Below are positions 40,447 through 49,113 of a stretch of DNA of 64,000 nt, piece after piece (the first letter of the stretch is position 1; the number at the start of each line of letters is the position of its first letter). The stretch covers positions 1 to 64,000 of the forward strand of contig JAVVGL010000002.1 in assembly GCA_032249135.1 (NCBI GenBank), written 5' to 3'. The notes under the pieces were generated by a model that worked only from the letters and a program-made list of their open reading frames with translations, was not told where the DNA came from and did not search any database. Origin of the DNA: Candidatus Calescibacterium sp. (GTDB lineage: Bacteria > Calescibacteriota > Calescibacteriia > Calescibacteriales > Calescibacteriaceae). A program made the position numbers and the translations under genes.

Positions 40447-41370
40447 GTGGCACTACTTGAAGTAAGAAACCTTTCTATATCATTTCATGAAAAAAAAGTA
40501 GTAGATTCTGTATCATTTTCTATTGATAGTGGCGAAGTCCTTGGGGTAGTAGGTGAATCAGGTTCAGGAAAAACTTTGACCGCTCTCTCAATATTGCGCC
40601 TCACTCCACCAACAGCAAAAGTAGAAGGTGAAATAATTTTTGAAGGGAAAAACATTCTCAAATTAAGTGAAAGGGAAATGGATAGAATAAGAGGTAAGGA
40701 GATTTCACTTATTTTACAGAATCCTCATTCTGCGTTTAATCCAGTTTTTAAGGTTGGATATCAAGTGATAGAGCCTATGCTTGTTCATTTCGGTTTAGAG
40801 AAGAAAAAAGCCCTTGAACTTGCACGAGATGTTTTCAGACAGGTCGGAATTTCTGAACCTGAATTGAGACTCAAATCATATCCTCACGAGTTATCAGGGG
40901 GAATGAAACAAAGAGCTGTAATATCTGTTTCAATTCTTATGAAGTCAAAGCTTATAATAGCTGATGAACCGACAACCGCTCTCGACCCAACTATTGAAAG
41001 TCAAATTCTCAAAATACTGAGAAAAATAGTTGATGAACAAAAGAGTTCAATGATATTCATTTCACACGATATCTCACAAGTTGGATGGATAGCAGATAAA
41101 ATAGCTGTCATGTATGGTGGATGGATTGTTGAGATAGGAAGAAGAGAAGATATTTTGAAAAATCCTTCTCATCCTTATACAAAAGCTCTACTTGAAGCTA
41201 TGCCCTATAAAGATAAACCAAAACCAATTCCGGGTTCTCCACTTGATATAAATTTTCAGGGGTGTAGGTTCTCAAAAAGATGTCCTCTGGCACAAAAGAT
41301 ATGCTTTGAACAAATTCCAGAGTTTAAAGAACTACAAAACGGTAGAAAATCAAAATGCTTTTTCGTTTAA
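40447..41370 (+). CDS. Oligopeptide/dipeptide ABC transporter ATP-binding protein (OppD/DppD family)
   Basis: GESGSGKT, YPHELSGGMKQR, ADEPTTALD, HPYT..L, GCRF..RC...C...C Fe-S tail. Confidence 0.93.
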   Translation: MALLEVRNLSISFHEKKVVDSVSFSIDSGEVLGVVGESGSGKTLTALSILRLTPPTAKVEGEIIFEGKNILKLSEREMDRIRGKEISLILQNPHSAFNPVFKVGYQVIEPMLVHFGLEKKKALELARDVFRQVGISEPELRLKSYPHELSGGMKQRAVISVSILMKSKLIIADEPTTALDPTIESQILKILRKIVDEQKSSMIFISHDISQVGWIADKIAVMYGGWIVEIGRREDILKNPSHPYTKALLEAMPYKDKPKPIPGSPLDINFQGCRFSKRCPLAQKICFEQIPEFKELQNGRKSKCFFV

Positions 41371-41428
41371 ATCACTAACACAAATTGCTCATCAGCAAAA
41401 AAAAATAGACCAAATTATAAGTACAAAA

Positions 41429-42394
41429 TCAAGTCATAGAGATAAATACAAGTGGAAATACTATTGTGACCTCACCACCCGGAGCTGGGAACTGCCACCT
41501 TCTTATCATCCTTAAAACACATCCAACCATTTCCTGATCATCTATAGTTGATTCCCTGACAGAAACATTAGAAACTTTACCCTCTGGATCAACAACTATC
41601 TCTACGACTATCTTACCTTGGAGATTTGGATTTCTCATCTGAGCTTTCTGAAAGCAGTATTTCAGTGAAGCCTGATTTCTTTCAGCAACTTTTCTGACTG
41701 TTTCCTCATCTAATTTCCCTTCAATCTCCGGAGCTTCTGTTGTAATCTTTGATGTAACAGCAGCAACCTTTTTACCTTCAAGTCCTACTTCTCTTCCTCC
41801 CTTTGCTTCGAGTGCTCCCACATCAGCTCCCCTCTTTTGTATCCCACCTGCAAATTCAAGGGGTTTTAACTCTTCTCCCTTCTCTGCAACCCTGACTCCA
41901 CTTATACCGCCGAGTATCTCATCTAAATTTTTAACTACTCCTCCTCCGAGAACTTCCGCTAACGGACTCGCTTCTCCTTCTCCCTTAGCTGTAAGAAGAG
42001 CTAAAATACCAACTTGCCTTACTTTCTCTCTTATTATTTCTTTCTTCTGCTCCTTTGTCATCGCTGCGGATTCCTCTTTTGGCTTTTGTTCTTCCGCTTT
42101 TTTCTCCTCCTTCTTTTCTGCTTTCTTTTCTTCTTTTTTCTGGGCAATCTCTTTTTTCTCTTCAACAAGCTTGGGAACAACGATTTTTGCAAACCTCTCA
42201 GGAAGCTTTTCTACCTCTACAATATCATCCCTTAACTCAACTTGAAGCTTTGAGGTCTCATAAACAAATAATACCCAGACCAAAAGGAAAATAATAAATA
42301 TGGGAAAAACTCTTCTTCTCTCTTTTTCTTCATCTTTTTCGGTTACTGGAACGAATACTTCGGCTAACCTCTCAAGTGATTGTTGACCCTGCAT
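41429..42394 (-). CDS. TonB-like protein with an AgmX/PglI C-terminal domain (GltG-like)
   Basis: Single TM, PERFAK, charged linker, G.LALL, C-terminal G.LD...V......L.YC...NPNLQGKI......G.V...C.....W.FP...G...FP..F. Confidence 0.8.
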   Translation of the reverse strand: MQGQQSLERLAEVFVPVTEKDEEKERRRVFPIFIIFLLVWVLFVYETSKLQVELRDDIVEVEKLPERFAKIVVPKLVEEKKEIAQKKEEKKAEKKEEKKAEEQKPKEESAAMTKEQKKEIIREKVRQVGILALLTAKGEGEASPLAEVLGGGVVKNLDEILGGISGVRVAEKGEELKPLEFAGGIQKRGADVGALEAKGGREVGLEGKKVAAVTSKITTEAPEIEGKLDEETVRKVAERNQASLKYCFQKAQMRNPNLQGKIVVEIVVDPEGKVSNVSVRESTIDDQEMVGCVLRMIRRWQFPAPGGEVTIVFPLVFISMT

Positions 42395-42524
42395 AACTTT
42401 AAATTTAATAATCCTCTACAAACTAATCCAAAAACTGAAAACTTTATCCACCAATTGTGACATATCTCACAAACAAAAAAGTAAAAAAACCTATTATTAT
42501 TTATTAGTCTATTCACTTATTTTT

Positions 42525-43367
42525 ATGGTTTTAGAATTCGCAAAAATAAAAGCTATTTTTCCAGCAGTTGAAGTTATTGATGGAGCAGGAGTAAAATTGA
42601 AAAGATATATCGGGAACCAATACATTAATGTCGTTGATCCTTTCCTTTTACTTGACGAATTTAAAAGCTCAGACGAAAAAGATTGGATAGCAGGTTTCCC
42701 ACCTCATCCTCACAGAGGATTCCAGACTCTGACATATATGATATCCGGTAAATTTGAGCACAAAGATAGCACAGGTTCTCACAGTATTCTTTCATCTTCG
42801 GGTTTGCAGTGGATGAATGCAGGGAGTGGAGTAATTCATTCAGAGATGCCAGCTATGGAGAAAGGATTTCTTTGGGGATTTCAGCTCTGGATTAACCTCC
42901 CAAGAAAATATAAAATGTCTGACCCTTTTTACTTTAATTTTTATTCTCAGGTTGAAGAAGAAAGAGAAGGTATTAAGGTTATAGATCTTGTTGGTAAGCC
43001 TATGAGAGAAAACTCATTTTTTGATCTAATATACAAGCATATTGAGATGGAAAAAGGAAGCGAACTCAAACTGGAGATTCCAAAAAACTATAACTCTTTT
43101 ATTGTTGTTTCAGAGGGAAAAATAAAGGTTCTTCCGGAAAAAGTTATAATTCCACAGGAAAAATTGGCTGTAATTGAAGGAAATTATTTGTGGATTTTTG
43201 CTCAAGAGAAATCACATGTTATATTTGCAAGTGCGCCTCCAATAAGAGAACCGATAGCAAGGTGGGGACCTTTTGTTATGAACACAAAAGAAGAAATTAT
43301 ACAGGCAATTGAAGATTATCAATCAGGAAGACTCGTGAAAAAGAAAGCCGAATTTTCTCAAATGTAG
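42525..43367 (+). CDS. Pirin family protein
   Basis: DPFLLLDEF, GFPPHPHRGF.T.TY, H.DS.G, QWMNAG.G..HSE, QLWINLP, GPFVMN. Confidence 0.96.
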   Translation: MVLEFAKIKAIFPAVEVIDGAGVKLKRYIGNQYINVVDPFLLLDEFKSSDEKDWIAGFPPHPHRGFQTLTYMISGKFEHKDSTGSHSILSSSGLQWMNAGSGVIHSEMPAMEKGFLWGFQLWINLPRKYKMSDPFYFNFYSQVEEEREGIKVIDLVGKPMRENSFFDLIYKHIEMEKGSELKLEIPKNYNSFIVVSEGKIKVLPEKVIIPQEKLAVIEGNYLWIFAQEKSHVIFASAPPIREPIARWGPFVMNTKEEIIQAIEDYQSGRLVKKKAEFSQM

Positions 43368-43396
43368 TTTCCTCTGATGTATAAATCTTTTTTAGG

Positions 43397-43939
43397 ATGC
43401 ATCAAATTGAATGCGATGTTTTCTTCCTATTCTTTGATAAAGTATATAGATTTGATAAGGAAAAACTGTGGATATCCCAAGCATTAGAAGAAATAGGAAT
43501 AATTGCAAACGAAAGAGAGTATGTGAAGATCCCTCAACAGGCATTCTCCATCACAAGAAAACAATTCAATGCTGGTATTATTATGAAATTCATATCAGGA
43601 TTGGGCAAATCAGAAATTTCTCTTGGGATAACAAAGGAAGACATATATTTTGGTGATCTTAATTTTGTTTTCGGAATAGCATCCCCAACAGCTTTATCTT
43701 GTGTTGTATCTTTGTGTAGGCTTGATCCAGAGTTTTACGGCTTCCCCCAAGATGATGAACTATACTGCTCAAGGGTTCAGAAAGAGGTAATTCATGAAAT
43801 AGGACATGTTTTGGGATTACTTCATTGCGAAAAACCAAGTTGTGTTATGAGTTTTTCAAATTCAATATACGATGTTGATAGGAAAACAAAATTTTTCTGT
43901 GAAAACTGCTCAAAGTTAATTAGAGGGAAAAGAGTATAA
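43397..43939 (+). CDS. Archaemetzincin (peptidase M54)
   Basis: NFVFG, KEVIHEIGHVLGLLHC...CVM.FS...D.K..FC..C. Confidence 0.93.
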   Translation: MHQIECDVFFLFFDKVYRFDKEKLWISQALEEIGIIANEREYVKIPQQAFSITRKQFNAGIIMKFISGLGKSEISLGITKEDIYFGDLNFVFGIASPTALSCVVSLCRLDPEFYGFPQDDELYCSRVQKEVIHEIGHVLGLLHCEKPSCVMSFSNSIYDVDRKTKFFCENCSKLIRGKRV

Positions 43940-43964
43940 TATATAAAGTGAAAAACCTTATAGA

Positions 43965-45542
43965 ATGAAAAATCTTATAGACAAAGTAGAAAGTGCTCCC
44001 GAGACCTGTGGAGTTTATATTTTCCTCAAAGATAAAAAACCGATATATATAGGGAAAGCAAAAAATCTGAAAGAAAGATTAAAAGCTTATATCAATTTTT
44101 TAGATACAAGAGAAACGGTCCCGAAAATTGTACAAGAAGCTGATGATGTAAGATGGATAATCACAAACACAGAAGAGGATGCGTTCTTTCTTGAACAAAA
44201 ATTAATATCAGAAAATCTCCCAAAATATAACGTCAAGGTAAAAGATATAAGAGGATTAAAGTATATAAAAATAGATATTTCTCATCAGTTCCCATCAGTA
44301 TCTTTGACAAGAATACCAAAAAAAGAAAGTGCTTTATACTTTGGTCCTTTTTCTGCAAAAGAAACAAAAGAAATTTTTTCAGCTCTGAAAATGGCTTTTG
44401 GAATAAGAACATGTACAGAAAATAAGTTCAAAGATTTTCAAAAAAGACAAAGACCTTGCCTTGACGGTCAAATAGAGGTATGTCCTGCCCCATGTGTAGG
44501 AAAAATCACAAGATCAGAATATCTCAAAAATGTGTACAGAGCAATTGATTTTATGAAAGGAAAATTTACAAAGGTTATAAAAGAACTTGAAAAAAAGATG
44601 TGGGAAGAAGCTGAAAAGGAAAACTTTGAAGAAGCAGCAAAAATAAGAGATAAGATAAAAATAATTCAGAAAGCACTTGATTACAAAAGAATAATTTTTG
44701 AAGATTTCAGAAATGCAGACTACCTCGGCTACGACATAATTGAAGATAAAGTGGGAATTTTTATTCTTAAAATAAGGGAGGGAAGATTTTTTGGAGGATA
44801 CGGAGGAGTCTTTCAGTATGGTGGTCAAGATATTCTTGACCTTGCTTTAAAACTCTTTTTTGAAAACTCAGGAAGTGACGGTATTATTGTTTCTGAAATT
44901 ATTACATCAGAACAGCAAGTTGGAAAAATATTGTTGAGGCCACCTTATGATGATGAGAAAGAAGTTATGATGCTCGCAAAATCAAATGCAACAGAACAAA
45001 TTCTGCAAACGTCAATAAAAATTGCAAAAAAATTCAGAATGCTCACTGAACTACAAAAATTCTTGCTACTTGATAAAACTCCTCGGAGAATTGAGGTATA
45101 TGATTTTTCAAACTTTGGAGGCAAAAATCTTGTCGGTGTAAAAGTTCATTTTGAAGACGGTGAAATAATACCTTCAAGGCTAAGATTATATAAGGTTGAT
45201 GAGTTTGGATATGATGATATATCTGCGTTGAAAAATGTCATGTCAAGAAGAATAAAAGATTTTTTTGAAGGCAAAGATTTACCTTTGCCAGATCTTATTC
45301 TTGTAGATGGTGGTAAATCTCACTATTCAGTATTGAAAGAAATACTGACACGAGCTAAATTAGATATACCTTTCGGCTGCATAAAAAAGGAGGAAAGAAA
45401 TAGAAGAAATGTATCTTTGATTTTTCAGAACCAAGAATTAAAACCAACGGGAAACCTTTTAAGTTTTATTTTATATCTTGTAAATTCAGCTCACGAAAGA
45501 GCAAGGAGGTTTGCAGTTTCAAGAACAACAAAAATAAACTGA
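43965..45542 (+). CDS. uvrC: Excinuclease ABC subunit C lacking the C-terminal HhH
   Basis: GIY-YIG (GVY..IYIGKA), Cys cluster, UVR domain (FEEAA.IRD), RNase H-like IE.YD.S, DD, LVDGG. Confidence 0.93.
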   Translation: MKNLIDKVESAPETCGVYIFLKDKKPIYIGKAKNLKERLKAYINFLDTRETVPKIVQEADDVRWIITNTEEDAFFLEQKLISENLPKYNVKVKDIRGLKYIKIDISHQFPSVSLTRIPKKESALYFGPFSAKETKEIFSALKMAFGIRTCTENKFKDFQKRQRPCLDGQIEVCPAPCVGKITRSEYLKNVYRAIDFMKGKFTKVIKELEKKMWEEAEKENFEEAAKIRDKIKIIQKALDYKRIIFEDFRNADYLGYDIIEDKVGIFILKIREGRFFGGYGGVFQYGGQDILDLALKLFFENSGSDGIIVSEIITSEQQVGKILLRPPYDDEKEVMMLAKSNATEQILQTSIKIAKKFRMLTELQKFLLLDKTPRRIEVYDFSNFGGKNLVGVKVHFEDGEIIPSRLRLYKVDEFGYDDISALKNVMSRRIKDFFEGKDLPLPDLILVDGGKSHYSVLKEILTRAKLDIPFGCIKKEERNRRNVSLIFQNQELKPTGNLLSFILYLVNSAHERARRFAVSRTTKIN

Positions 45543-45574
45543 AAAAATAGAAATAAACTGAAAAATAAGATTGT

Positions 45575-46669
45575 TTACTGCAGAATAATATCTAAAATTC
45601 TCTTTGAGCCGTCTTCTATACTGAAATCTTTTAGTTTATCTTTTAAATCAGATAGTAAATCACCTGAAATAAACTCTTTTAGTATAACTTCAAATCTTCC
45701 TTCATTATCTTGTCTCACAATAATGCATCTGTCTCCAAAAATCTTGAGAGGGTTTTTAAATTGATGATCCCCAATTGATTTCGGTAGAGGAACAAAGATT
45801 GCGGGCTTTTTAGCATATGCTATTTCAAAAACAGTACCAGCTCCTCCTCTTGAAATAATAAAATCCGCTAAACCGATATAATATCCTATTTTTTCTGAGA
45901 ATGGAAAAATTGAATAATCAATTTTAGCGTTTAATTTTTGTTTTAGCGAAGAGTAGAATATTTGAGCTTCATCAAAAAATAAATCTCCGGTCTGATGAAA
46001 TATTTTGAGATAAGGCAAATTTGTATCAGATTCCGCTATTTTTTTTAAGGATTTTGTGAATAATTTATTGAGACTTAAAGCTCCTTGACTTCCCCCAGTT
46101 ATAAGGATTTTTAAAAATTCATCTTTTTTCTCATGTTTCTCTTTCATACCTTCTTCAAGATGTTCTTTGAATTTATTTCTCAAGGGAAACCCAACTACTA
46201 CTGATTTCTTTTTTGAAAAATTTGGGATTTCTGATTCCGGAAAAGATAATAAAATTTTATCTGCAAAAATTGAAGAGAGTTTATTTGCCAATCCCATTAC
46301 AGAATTTTGCTCAAAAATAAAAACTCGTGACTTTAATATCTTACCTGCAAGGAGAGATGGACCTGAAACATATCCTCCAAATCCTACAACTACATCTGGT
46401 TTTATTTTTTTTAGGATTTCAACGGCATCTTTTAAAGATGAGAAAGCAGATAACATTCCTTTGAATGCACCAATCCCCTTGCCTACGATTGGTTTTGCAT
46501 CTAAAAAGAAAACTTTTGATGTTGGAATTTCGCTCAAAAATCTTTGTTCTGCTTTTCTTGATTTACCTGTTATGAAGAATATTTCAGTGTCTTTTGGGAG
46601 TTTTTCTGCTACCGCTATTGCCGGCGCTATATGTCCTCCAGTTCCCCCTGCTACGATGCATATTCTCAT
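45575..46669 (-). CDS. murG: Lipid II GlcNAc transferase
   Basis: GGTGGH, GFGGYVS, EQN, GGSQGA, HQTG, SRGGAGT, DHQ..N. Confidence 0.96.
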   Translation of the reverse strand: MRICIVAGGTGGHIAPAIAVAEKLPKDTEIFFITGKSRKAEQRFLSEIPTSKVFFLDAKPIVGKGIGAFKGMLSAFSSLKDAVEILKKIKPDVVVGFGGYVSGPSLLAGKILKSRVFIFEQNSVMGLANKLSSIFADKILLSFPESEIPNFSKKKSVVVGFPLRNKFKEHLEEGMKEKHEKKDEFLKILITGGSQGALSLNKLFTKSLKKIAESDTNLPYLKIFHQTGDLFFDEAQIFYSSLKQKLNAKIDYSIFPFSEKIGYYIGLADFIISRGGAGTVFEIAYAKKPAIFVPLPKSIGDHQFKNPLKIFGDRCIIVRQDNEGRFEVILKEFISGDLLSDLKDKLKDFSIEDGSKRILDIILQ

Positions 46670-46674
46670 AGTTT

Positions 46675-47289
46675 TTATTTAGCATTTTCATTTTGTTTTT
46701 TATTTGCTTTTGGAATTATTATAGTTCCTTCTTTTTCATCTCCAAGTTTTATTGTTTTCTTTTTCAAGTGTAAAAAAGCTGTGAATGAACAAGCAATAGC
46801 ATCTAATTCATCTTGAGAAAAATTTCTAATTGATTTTGGGTCTAAAAATTTCTGATTTACAAAAAATTTTATGATTTCTGCTTTTGATTTTCTTGGAATT
46901 CCAAATACATCGTATGTTGCTCCCGGAAAAACTTCTATTACTTCTGCGTTGAATTTTTCTATAATTTTCTGCTTTAATCTCATACCTCTTTCTGTGAGCA
47001 TTCTCATAGGTCCCAAAGTTATAGGAAAGAATTTTATTTTCATTTTCATAAGTTCTAAATCACATTTTCTGAAATGAATGTTATTTTTTTCATAAATACT
47101 TTTTCTACCAAGCGGCAAAGATAAAGGGGCATCTATCGCAACGATTTTTACATCTTCTGGTATTGCTTCAAGAATTTCTTTATCTTCTTTTACACAAAAT
47201 ACATCCAAAACTTTGTTTGTACTTATACATATTCCCGTATTAGATTTTTCACTTCCGCTCAAATCTATACCTATAACTTTAAATTTCAT
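46675..47289 (-). CDS. DUF429 domain protein (predicted RNase H-fold nuclease)
   Basis: GIDL, VAIDAPL, R.CD.EL, M..LT.RG, IEVFP, DE.DA..C. Confidence 0.88.
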   Translation of the reverse strand: MKFKVIGIDLSGSEKSNTGICISTNKVLDVFCVKEDKEILEAIPEDVKIVAIDAPLSLPLGRKSIYEKNNIHFRKCDLELMKMKIKFFPITLGPMRMLTERGMRLKQKIIEKFNAEVIEVFPGATYDVFGIPRKSKAEIIKFFVNQKFLDPKSIRNFSQDELDAIACSFTAFLHLKKKTIKLGDEKEGTIIIPKANKKQNENAK

Positions 47290-47318
47290 TTTATCTACTA
47301 ATTTTCCGGCTTAATCTC

Positions 47319-48509
47319 TCATTTTATTTTCTGCATAAGGTCAAAAAAGATATTTTCAAGTTCTTTGAAATTCTTGACAATAATATCAGTTTTTTGAAGA
47401 TTTGTGTGAGTTGTGAGAATTCCTATGGTTTTAGCACCGGCATAAAAACCAGCATCTATTCCATGCTGAGAATCTTCTATTACCCAACATTTTTTAGTTG
47501 GGACTCCAAGTTTTTCAGCTGCGGTAATGTAGCAATCTGGATTTGGTTTTCCCTGCCTTATATCTGAACCTGAAACTACAACATCAAAAAGATTTCTCAT
47601 TCCTATCTCGTCAGATAAGAATTCAATATTTTCTTTCGGAGTAGAAGAAACAAGAGCAAGTTTTATTCCCTTTTCTTTCAAAAATCTTATGAATTCAATG
47701 GATCCAGGAATTGGTTTTATTTTACCTTTTGCAAGCTCTCTATAAATTCTTTCCTTTTCTTCCCCAATTTTTCTTACTTCATCATCGCTTGCATTTGGAA
47801 CATATTTTTTTATAATTATCTCATTTGTCATACCGAAAGTGCTTTTAAAATCTTCTTCACCGAAATTTACTCCAAGCTTCCTCATAACTTCAAACCAAGA
47901 TTTTTTGTGAAATTCAGAGGAATCAACTATAACTCCATCAAGGTCAAATAAAAAAGCTTCTGTTCCCGTCAAAATCTCAAGTGAAAATATGTAAGCTCGG
48001 GTGCTACCTTCTTTATCAATATCTTGAATATATACCCAAAATTTTTCTTCAAAAAATTTTTTCACATCTTCTACGAGGTCCTTTTTGACCGAAATCAGCA
48101 AATCGCATTTTTCTTGATTTTTTAACTTTTCAAGCCAGGGGGATTTTAGTTTTTTTGAGCATCCAAGCTCCATCGGACCTATTTCATCTACAACTATGAT
48201 TTCGCCCCCTCTTTCTAACTCCCTAAAAAGAACCTTCTCAAAGTTATAAGGGAAAACTATGTATTTCCCCAACTTGCAAGTTCTCTCAGAAAATGGTATT
48301 TTATCTTCTTTTGTTGCAAGAATCTCTTCTGCCCCCGTATTTATACCTTTGACCATAAATCCTATTCTTTCCTTCCCTCTTCTTATCTCTGGCGTAATAA
48401 CACCACTCAAACTGATACCCATAATTTTTAGTCTTGATACAATTTTCTGAATCAACGTTGATTTACCGGAACCAGGTCTACCGGTTATTATCAAGCATTT
48501 CTCTTTCAT
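47319..48509 (-). CDS. Fusion of a THEP1/NTPase_1 nucleoside-triphosphatase and a HAD phosphatase (beta-PGM-like)
   Basis: N-half: ITGRPGSGKST, G..T.E.R....R.GF, GKY, VDEIGPME. C-half: FDLDGVIVDS, SST, KPNPD.Y, EDS..G..AG..AG. Confidence 0.9.
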   Translation of the reverse strand: MKEKCLIITGRPGSGKSTLIQKIVSRLKIMGISLSGVITPEIRRGKERIGFMVKGINTGAEEILATKEDKIPFSERTCKLGKYIVFPYNFEKVLFRELERGGEIIVVDEIGPMELGCSKKLKSPWLEKLKNQEKCDLLISVKKDLVEDVKKFFEEKFWVYIQDIDKEGSTRAYIFSLEILTGTEAFLFDLDGVIVDSSEFHKKSWFEVMRKLGVNFGEEDFKSTFGMTNEIIIKKYVPNASDDEVRKIGEEKERIYRELAKGKIKPIPGSIEFIRFLKEKGIKLALVSSTPKENIEFLSDEIGMRNLFDVVVSGSDIRQGKPNPDCYITAAEKLGVPTKKCWVIEDSQHGIDAGFYAGAKTIGILTTHTNLQKTDIIVKNFKELENIFFDLMQKIK

Positions 48510-48639
48510 ATCTACAAGAGTCGCAAATCATCTTGTTTTCTTACTTGCTTTTTTCTTCACCTTTTTATTTATCAGTCTATTGTAAAAAATTTGTAGAAAC
48601 ACATAAACATTTTTTATTTTCAAAAATAAAATAAGGGAA

Positions 48640-49000
48640 GTGATTTATTCCTACTTTACCTTTACTAACGACTTCAATATCTTATCTCTGATTCTTCTTG
48701 TCAGCAACATCAAAGCCTTATCTTCAAGCAGAATTTCTCTTATAAAAGACATTATCAAGTCAAAAACTTCTCCAAAGGTAATTCTTATAATTCGTATACA
48801 TCTTGGAGGAGATGGAATAAATTTTCATCAAAGCAATACTGCTCAAATACTGGAAAGGCGGAGAGGTATCAGGTAGTTGTAAGAGGTTATGTAGTAATTT
48901 TCGTTGAAGGAGTACCTATAAAGTTTCCAATTTTAGTAAAGCCATATTTTACAAAGCATAAAGTAAATGAGCTTGGAGCTGAGGTAGGAGAATTTAAAAG
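48640..49000 (+). mobile_element. Degraded IS701-family transposase fragment
   Basis: The frame from about 48780 reads ...SSKQYCSNTGKAERYQVVVRGYVVIFVEGVPIKFPILVKPYFTK...GEFK, resembling the IS701 QY.G..GK..CQV.V...FP...Y.K block. VILII upstream in another frame sits where LIIDD is expected. No start codon or IRs found. Confidence 0.55.
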
Positions 49001-49113
49001 ATTAATTTTTGTTTTCTTGTTTCTCCATATTTTTTTATCTTTTCCATTTTAGTCGTTTGTTTATTTTGGTATTTCACATCTTTGTGTTTGAATTGATTGA
49101 GATTTTCGGTTGA

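Noticed and set aside
25285..49050. Shared 18-mer TTTTATCTTTTCCATTTT at 25285-25302 and 49033-49050, near the Rpn and IS relics
   Set aside because: Low complexity, and similarity does not extend; not enough to call an element end.
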